Positions 27,234-32,413 of a DNA stretch of 32,413 nt are shown in pieces. Each line of letters opens with the position of its first letter. Positions within the stretch are counted from its first letter, which is position 1. The DNA is from Candidatus Caldarchaeum sp. (lineage in GTDB: Archaea; Thermoproteota; Nitrososphaeria_A; Caldarchaeales; Caldarchaeaceae): the NCBI GenBank assembly GCA_038844785.1, contig JAWBRA010000018.1, positions 1 through 32,413 on the forward strand, in the 5' to 3' direction. The notes under the pieces are model-generated. The model was not told the DNA's origin and did no database searches. It saw nothing but the letters and a program-made list of their open reading frames with translations. Made by a program: the position numbers and the translations under genes.

Positions 27234-27365
27234 GATGTTGTTTCTACCGATGATGAGCTTACGCTAGTGGATGCTAGACTGTTTGTCGGGTTGGGCGATG
27301 TAGCTGAGATGGTGAGACTGCTCAAAGCCAGAATAGCGTTGATAATTTCAACACCGAGAATTGGT
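27234..27365 (+). repeat. diverged direct repeat, copy 2; possibly the decayed C-terminus of an AAA ATPase/DUF4143 gene
   Basis: Homologous to 25324-25465. The frame reads CYFHNRGHEADVVSTDDELTLVDAR, reminiscent of the YY...EVDxV...LxxVExK tail; the identity is tentative. Confidence 0.55.
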
Positions 27366-27417
27366 GAGAACGTTTGGGTAACCTTGCTTTATATATTCGG
27401 GTTGCTGCTTAACCTTC

Positions 27418-27975
27418 ATGCTGCAGATAGGCGTGGGCTGTTCCAGCGACAAAAACCCGCTTTCCACAGCCGTTGAGAAGGCTAGACGGTTTGCTGTCAG
27501 GCTTGCTGACTACCGTGACACGGTTGTGTTGTTGACAGGTGGAGACGGAGGGCTGATGCGTGTTGTGTGCGAAGAGTTTTTCAAACGCGGCGGCATAACC
27601 GTCGGCGTCATTCCCTACGAGGACGAGCAGATAGACGAGTCAAACCCACGCTACAACCCATACAACACCATAGTCTACCGCAGCGGCCAAACCTTCCAAG
27701 CACGCAGCATCGGGCTTGTGAGAAGCAGCGACTGCTTCGTCGTTCTCGGCGGAGGCTCGGGAACTATAGTCGAAGCCCATCTCGCATACGTTTACCGAGT
27801 ACCTTTAATCATACTGACGGGAACAGGATATACTTCGGACTTGTTGAAGCAAACACATCCCGACGGATACCTGGACCACAGAAAAATTCAAGCAGCCCTG
27901 TTCCTCGACGACCCCGTCGAAGCCGCTGACAAGGCTGTCGAACTCGCTAGAACACGCAGCGTTCATTGTCGTTGA
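27418..27975 (+). CDS. LOG/SLOG family nucleotide-binding protein (TIGR00725-like)
   Basis: LLTGGDGGLM, GGITVGVIP, RS..LVRSSD.FVVLGGGSGTIVE..LAY..RVP. Confidence 0.88.
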   Translation: MLQIGVGCSSDKNPLSTAVEKARRFAVRLADYRDTVVLLTGGDGGLMRVVCEEFFKRGGITVGVIPYEDEQIDESNPRYNPYNTIVYRSGQTFQARSIGLVRSSDCFVVLGGGSGTIVEAHLAYVYRVPLIILTGTGYTSDLLKQTHPDGYLDHRKIQAALFLDDPVEAADKAVELARTRSVHCR

Positions 27976-28013
27976 AAGATATAATTATAAACAATCGTGT
28001 AACGTAATTTTAC

Positions 28014-29066
28014 ATGATTGTTGAGAGGGAAGTCATGAGCTTGCTGAAGTCTCCGTTAAGGGCTGTCGAGGTTGGTGAGAAGACGGTTTCGCAGCTCTTG
28101 ACGGAGATGAGGGACACTGGTTTTCAAGGCCGTAACCTAGGTCTCGCAGCGGATGTTTGGGAAGCTGCTTTGAACGCTGAAGACACCGTCATCATGTTCG
28201 GTTACGCAGGTTCTCTCAGCACCACGGGGCAGTGGAAACTTGTTAAATGGCTTGTGGAGAAAAGATTTGTCGACGTGGTTGTTTCGACGGGCGCCAACAT
28301 CTCAGAAGACCTCATAGCCGCCATGGGTTTCAACTACTACATAGGCACGCCGTTCGTCGACGACAGCATGCTACGTCGGGCTGGGATATACAGGTTTCAC
28401 GACGTCTTCGTCAGGGAGAGGGACTACATCAAGATGGAGGAGATGCTCGCCGACTTCATGCTGACGCTTGACGGCAGAAAACCCATGTCTTCCGCCGAGT
28501 TTCTCCACCTTTTTGGAGAATGGCTTGACGCAAAAGGCGTGAAAGGAATAGTCCAATCCGCTTACAGAGCCGGCGTCCCTGTCTTCAGCCCAGCGGTAGA
28601 GGACAGCGGATACGGCGTAGCCTACTTGATCAACAGACGCCGAAGACCCGGCTTCAGCCTTGTCCTCGACCACTTCAAGGACTACGAGCAGCTCGTGAGG
28701 ATAAGAGGGATGTGCAAAGACAGCGCAGCCATCTTCATAGGGGGAGGTGTTCCGAAAGACTTCATCCAGCTCTCGGCTGTCGCCGTAGACATTCTGGAGA
28801 AAGGCGACCTCTTCAAGACAAGGCCCCACCGCTACGCCATCCAAGTAACCACCGACAGCCCTCACTGGGGTGGTTTGTCGGGCGCAACGTTGGAGGAGGG
28901 GAAGAGCTGGGGGAAGGAGATGTCGGAAGGCTACGCCGTCCAGTGTTTCTGCGACGCAACCATAGCTCTCCCGCTGCTCGTCCACACACTCAACGAAAGA
29001 GTCAAGGAGAGACGTTACAAGCCAGACCTTTCATGGGTCTTTGAAGAGGTCCGGTATAACAAGTAG
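28014..29066 (+). CDS. dys: deoxyhypusine synthase family protein
   Basis: TGFQGRNLG, VSTGAN..ED, SPAVEDSG.G, IGGGVPKDF, QVTTD.PHWGGLSGAT.EE..SWGK (active Lys), CDATIALPL. Confidence 0.88.
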   Translation: MIVEREVMSLLKSPLRAVEVGEKTVSQLLTEMRDTGFQGRNLGLAADVWEAALNAEDTVIMFGYAGSLSTTGQWKLVKWLVEKRFVDVVVSTGANISEDLIAAMGFNYYIGTPFVDDSMLRRAGIYRFHDVFVRERDYIKMEEMLADFMLTLDGRKPMSSAEFLHLFGEWLDAKGVKGIVQSAYRAGVPVFSPAVEDSGYGVAYLINRRRRPGFSLVLDHFKDYEQLVRIRGMCKDSAAIFIGGGVPKDFIQLSAVAVDILEKGDLFKTRPHRYAIQVTTDSPHWGGLSGATLEEGKSWGKEMSEGYAVQCFCDATIALPLLVHTLNERVKERRYKPDLSWVFEEVRYNK

Positions 29067-29089
29067 CAAGCTATCTGCAGGCCGGTCTA

Positions 29090-30517
29090 TTAGCTGAGAG
29101 ACACAACAGGAACCTTGCATGTACCTTTAACTATCGCTCTCAGCCTATTCCAGTTTTCAGGTATCAGGGAGAGGTAGATGTGGGCGAAGAAAACGGCTGT
29201 AAACAGGTAGAAGAAAAGCAGATGTAAGGCTCTCAAGTTCAGTCCTCCGCCCAACAGGATGAAAACCCATGGGAACAGACTTGGATAAGCCATGGCGAAA
29301 CCCGTCATGCCTAGGATGACTATGGCTATGAAATAGAACCAGACCAATGGCTTCTGCAGCGAACAGTACTTTCGCCCCATGAAATAGTCGTTGAAATGGG
29401 TGTCGTAAACTGCGTGAGGCGGATATTCTTTCGTCAATCCCAGAAAGTTTTTGACGATTGCCATGGTTACGTAAATGTCGTCGCGGCTGAGTTTTAAGAG
29501 GTGTTTGTACTCGCCTTTACTAACCATGGAGTAAACGTGTAGGGGTAGGTCTGCCAACAGTATTGCGAAAGCGAACCAGATGTGAATGTCGCGGCTTAAA
29601 GCTCCGAAAACAGGCTGTTTCATAAAAATGCTGTAGCCCGTCACGATCATCACTGTTAAAGCGGTAACCCTAACCCAGTGTGCTATCCTGGCGGCTGCGA
29701 TATGCCTTTCGACGACTATTGTTTCGCTGTGTTGGGCTGTTTTCCAAGCTTTTCTCCTGACGAGATGGGCTAAGACAGCGGCCACTGCAACATACCATGA
29801 ATACGGTGCGTATTCTGAAACAATTCCATAAAAGTCAAAAATCTGACTCGCTTTTCCCTCAAACTGTTCAGAGACTAGGACGAGAACGTATGACGTCATG
29901 TCCGTTGCTTTATGTTCTATTCCTTTTCCAAACTCTCCCACGGCGAAACCTATGCCAACTGGCTGTCCGATTTTCAGCTCCAGCATGCCTCGAGCATCCA
30001 TAGCCAAAGGCCTCGCCAGCTCAACCACATAGGCTTTGTCATGATATTCCATTTTTGCGGTTACGTTGCTCTTGAAGCCAAGGCTTTCATATAGGATGGG
30101 TTTTGCAGCGCCCGGCAAAATCACCTCCTTGCCGTGGTTGCTGCCGTACGAAGGGCTGACTATCAAAGCGTAGTCTGGAACTTCCTCGCTACCCATGTGG
30201 GCTTGGTCTCCGTCCGCGTCAAACTCCAACCCAAAATAATCCTTCGGCGATGGGTTGGTGTCTTCAAAAACCGCTAGAACGTAAAGATACTGTCCGTCAT
30301 GCTTGAATGCAACAATAGCTTTCGTCACAGTTTCCTTAATCTGGAGCGCGTCGTCCCACTCCCCTTCAGAAATAACGCCGTCTATGAGGGGGGCTTTCTT
30401 AGCACGATAAGCTGTGATAACTATAGCTTGCTGAGCGTAAATGCTGCTAACTGCTGTGAATAGGAGAAGTGTGGCCAAAAAAATAATTAGGGGGGGTTTT
30501 AGGTTGTTTAGGTCCAC
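29090..30517 (-). CDS. secreted DOMON/CBM9-like (putative heme) domain fused to a 4-TM di-heme cytochrome b (FdnI/HyaC-like)
   Basis: Signal peptide; APLIDGVISEGEW, KHDGQYLY, FDADGDQAHMG, VVELARPL, EHKA; linker TM; then RH..AARIAHW..TG, RDIH, KY..LQK and RALH...AHIY heme-b His pattern. Confidence 0.8.
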   Translation of the reverse strand: MDLNNLKPPLIIFLATLLLFTAVSSIYAQQAIVITAYRAKKAPLIDGVISEGEWDDALQIKETVTKAIVAFKHDGQYLYVLAVFEDTNPSPKDYFGLEFDADGDQAHMGSEEVPDYALIVSPSYGSNHGKEVILPGAAKPILYESLGFKSNVTAKMEYHDKAYVVELARPLAMDARGMLELKIGQPVGIGFAVGEFGKGIEHKATDMTSYVLVLVSEQFEGKASQIFDFYGIVSEYAPYSWYVAVAAVLAHLVRRKAWKTAQHSETIVVERHIAAARIAHWVRVTALTVMIVTGYSIFMKQPVFGALSRDIHIWFAFAILLADLPLHVYSMVSKGEYKHLLKLSRDDIYVTMAIVKNFLGLTKEYPPHAVYDTHFNDYFMGRKYCSLQKPLVWFYFIAIVILGMTGFAMAYPSLFPWVFILLGGGLNLRALHLLFFYLFTAVFFAHIYLSLIPENWNRLRAIVKGTCKVPVVSLS

Positions 30518-32004
30518 GGCTGTTCACTTGCCGCGTTTCTTCCCGCTACTCTGCCGAAGAATATGGACTCGCCGAGGTGGGAGACCAGCCCTTCTGCGGC
30601 TACGTCACCTGCTGCGTAGAGGCGTGGGATGGGTTTGCCGGTGACGCTTATGACGCGTGACTCGGCGTCGGCTAAAACGCCTCCGTTTGTTTCCGAAACG
30701 CTGGGGACAAGCTCCACAGCGTAGAAGGGCGGAGTCTTTATCGGCGAGAATGTGAACGCAGGCGAATCAGTTCTGCCGAATTCGAGGTCTTTCTTGTCTT
30801 TCGCAGCCCACTCATTCCAAGTCGTCACTGTTTTGATGAAGTTTTGTTTGTTAACCTTTATAGCGTCGGCCAAAGCTTCGGGGGTGTCGGCTTTAATCAC
30901 AATGCCTTGGGCAACCTCCTGCGAAAGGTCGTCGGAAAACGTTGTGCTTATCCCCTTTCCAGTGCTCTTCTTCACCTGCTCGCTGTCGGTGACCAGCCAT
31001 GCATGGCTGCCGGGCTGGAGGAAGATCTCTTCGTTCAGTATGTCAAAGTGGTCGCCTTCGTTGCAGAACCTGTAGCCTTTTTCGTTGACGAAGATGGCTG
31101 AAATCCCGCGGTACCTATATCTTGCGTTAATCTTCGCTATGGCGGGGAAGCCGCTGATGTGGTAAGTGTTGACTATCGCCGCGCCCAATGCCAGCGCCAT
31201 CAAGATACCGTCGCCGTTGCTTACTGCCGATGTTATAGGCACGGAATGATATCCTGTCGGGCTGTAGTATTTGAGAAGCTCTTTGTTTGCGGCAAACCCA
31301 CCTGTTGTCAAAACAACTGCTCTCCGGGATTTTATGAAGACTCTCTGTCCAGCCCGCTCGGCGACCACCCCTAAAACCATGTTTGTGTCAGGCCGGGCGA
31401 CCAGCTGCACAGCCTTCATCTCTGTCTCCACTCTTACACCCTTGTTCTTCGCTGCTTTTTGAAGTGCTGATACCAGTCCGGCACCGCCTCCTTTAGTTCT
31501 CAAAGTGGTTGCCGCCACGGATTCATATTCTACGCCAAGCCCGGCCAGCCAGTCTCCAACATCTCTGCCTGCGTTCTCGATATACTTCATGTCTCTGTCT
31601 GGGAAAGGAGGCTCCCAGTGTGTAGCCTTCATCAGAGCCTGCACGCTCTTATACCAATCAGCGGGATTCGACACTAGGTTTTTCTCTTTCTGGATGGATG
31701 AGTTTATGACGCCGATGTTTCCGCCTGACATGACGCCGTTGCCGCCTGGTGTGGAGGACTTGTCCAGCACGATGACTGACGCTCCTTTATCAGCCGCCTC
31801 AACCGCCGCAGCGGAGCCTGCCACACCAAACCCCACCACAACAACGTCGGCTTCCATGTCCCATTTCTCTGGAGGCTTCCAGTAAACAGGCTCCGGCCTC
31901 TGAAGAATGCCCAGCGGCGCTCCAACAGCAACACTGCCGACAACCACCCCTGCCGCTAAACCTTGGATGAATGATCTTCGACTAAAAGCGGGCCGCTGTG
32001 ACAT
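30508..32004 (-). CDS. Tat-exported FAD-dependent oxidoreductase (flavocytochrome c / FAD_binding_2 family)
   Basis: Tat motif FSRRSFIQG followed by a hydrophobic stretch; ADVVVVGFGVAG, GGNGVMSGG, TTGGF, GDG, NEKGYRFCNE, PPFYA, IPRLYAAGD. Likely start ATG 32004. Confidence 0.88.
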   Translation of the reverse strand: MSQRPAFSRRSFIQGLAAGVVVGSVAVGAPLGILQRPEPVYWKPPEKWDMEADVVVVGFGVAGSAAAVEAADKGASVIVLDKSSTPGGNGVMSGGNIGVINSSIQKEKNLVSNPADWYKSVQALMKATHWEPPFPDRDMKYIENAGRDVGDWLAGLGVEYESVAATTLRTKGGGAGLVSALQKAAKNKGVRVETEMKAVQLVARPDTNMVLGVVAERAGQRVFIKSRRAVVLTTGGFAANKELLKYYSPTGYHSVPITSAVSNGDGILMALALGAAIVNTYHISGFPAIAKINARYRYRGISAIFVNEKGYRFCNEGDHFDILNEEIFLQPGSHAWLVTDSEQVKKSTGKGISTTFSDDLSQEVAQGIVIKADTPEALADAIKVNKQNFIKTVTTWNEWAAKDKKDLEFGRTDSPAFTFSPIKTPPFYAVELVPSVSETNGGVLADAESRVISVTGKPIPRLYAAGDVAAEGLVSHLGESIFFGRVAGRNAASEQPWT

Positions 32005-32126
32005 AGCAATACTATTTTCTACACGCCCCAATTTTAGTTAGTGTCTTAAAATGTGTTATTTTACCGAAATTTGTGTACACCACTCTTAATTTACACGTTT
32101 GCTTGTCATCCATCCTTTACTGTGGG

Positions 32127-32291
32127 CTATCGTCGGCTGACGCAGAGTATTGCTATGTCTCCGACGTTCGTCGACATGGGCCCTGTTTTGAGGAGGCCGC
32201 CGACCTTGCTGAAGAAGCTGTGGGAGTCGTTGTTTGCGAGGAAGGCTTCAGGCTTGAGGCCTATTGCTAAAGCTTTTCGGTAGGTTCTCCC
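32127..32291 (-). pseudogene. gck: C-terminal MOFRL fragment of glycerate 2-kinase, truncated by an IS6 end
   Basis: Manual translation GRTYRKALAIGLKPEAFLANNDSHSFFSKVGGLLKTGPMSTNVGDIAILCVSRR* matches the L.NNDS..FF...G.L..TGPTGTNV.D signature. It abuts GGCACTG at 32292. Confidence 0.85.
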
Positions 32292-32413
32292 GGCACTGTC
32301 AACTTTTACTTAAGTCTTTTGGAAAGGGGAAAGGCCTATGGCCTGAGGTGTAGCTCTCCCATTCATGCATGTCTTCGATTATATCGTTGGTTGTATGTCT
32401 AGGCTCTTCAGGT
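32292..32413 (-). mobile_element. IS6-family element end (TIR plus degenerate transposase C-terminus), continuing beyond the window
   Basis: TIR GGCACTGTCAACTT resembles IS26-type GGCACTGTTGCAAA. The minus strand reads YNRRH / MNGRATPQAIGL in shifted frames, like the YN..R.H..L.G.TP.QA.G tail. Confidence 0.7.

Noticed and set aside
27250-27307. Possible C/D box sRNA (ATGATGA...CTGA, ~58 nt)
   Set aside because: No recognisable internal D'/C' boxes; the segment is better explained as part of the duplicated coding remnant.
1289-31943. Numerous antisense or nested ORFs in the track (e.g. 1289-1789, 21620-22144, 26203-26685, 28371-28985)
   Set aside because: They lie inside well-supported genes, lack motifs and are expected shadow ORFs at this GC content.
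30508-32004. Calling the flavoprotein sdhA/frdA
   Set aside because: It lacks the covalent-FAD His, the catalytic His/Arg motifs, the C-terminal helical domain and an Fe-S partner gene.
32053-32283. Plus-strand ORFs 32053-32283 and 32073-32270
   Set aside because: They are antisense shadows of the glycerate-kinase fragment on the minus strand.

Overview
Archaeal window, most consistent with a thermophilic TACK lineage such as Caldarchaeales/Aigarchaeota; this is inferred from gene content (GAPN, type II MetAP, DUF1512-TopoIA block, IorAB, deoxyhypusine synthase, CCA-less tRNAs). It has about 26 intact CDS for housekeeping and peptide/aromatic amino-acid catabolism, two tRNAs (Gly-TCC, Phe-GAA) and several decayed genes. 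Main points of interest: (1) a cas-less 3-repeat CRISPR mini-array with a leader, sitting between two outward-facing IS6-family ends with transposase remnants (13016-13994); (2) a translationally coupled pair of a Tat-exported flavoprotein lacking the fumarate-reductase catalytic residues and a DOMON-heme/cytochrome b fusion, a candidate new extracytoplasmic redox module (29090-32004); (3) a ~12-TM protein with three His-motif repeats split by one in-frame TAG (25587-27047), flanked by permuted duplicated remnants; (4) a glycerate 2-kinase tail, missed by the ORF track, cut exactly at another IS6 end (32127-32413). All family calls come from motif recognition by eye, not database searches.
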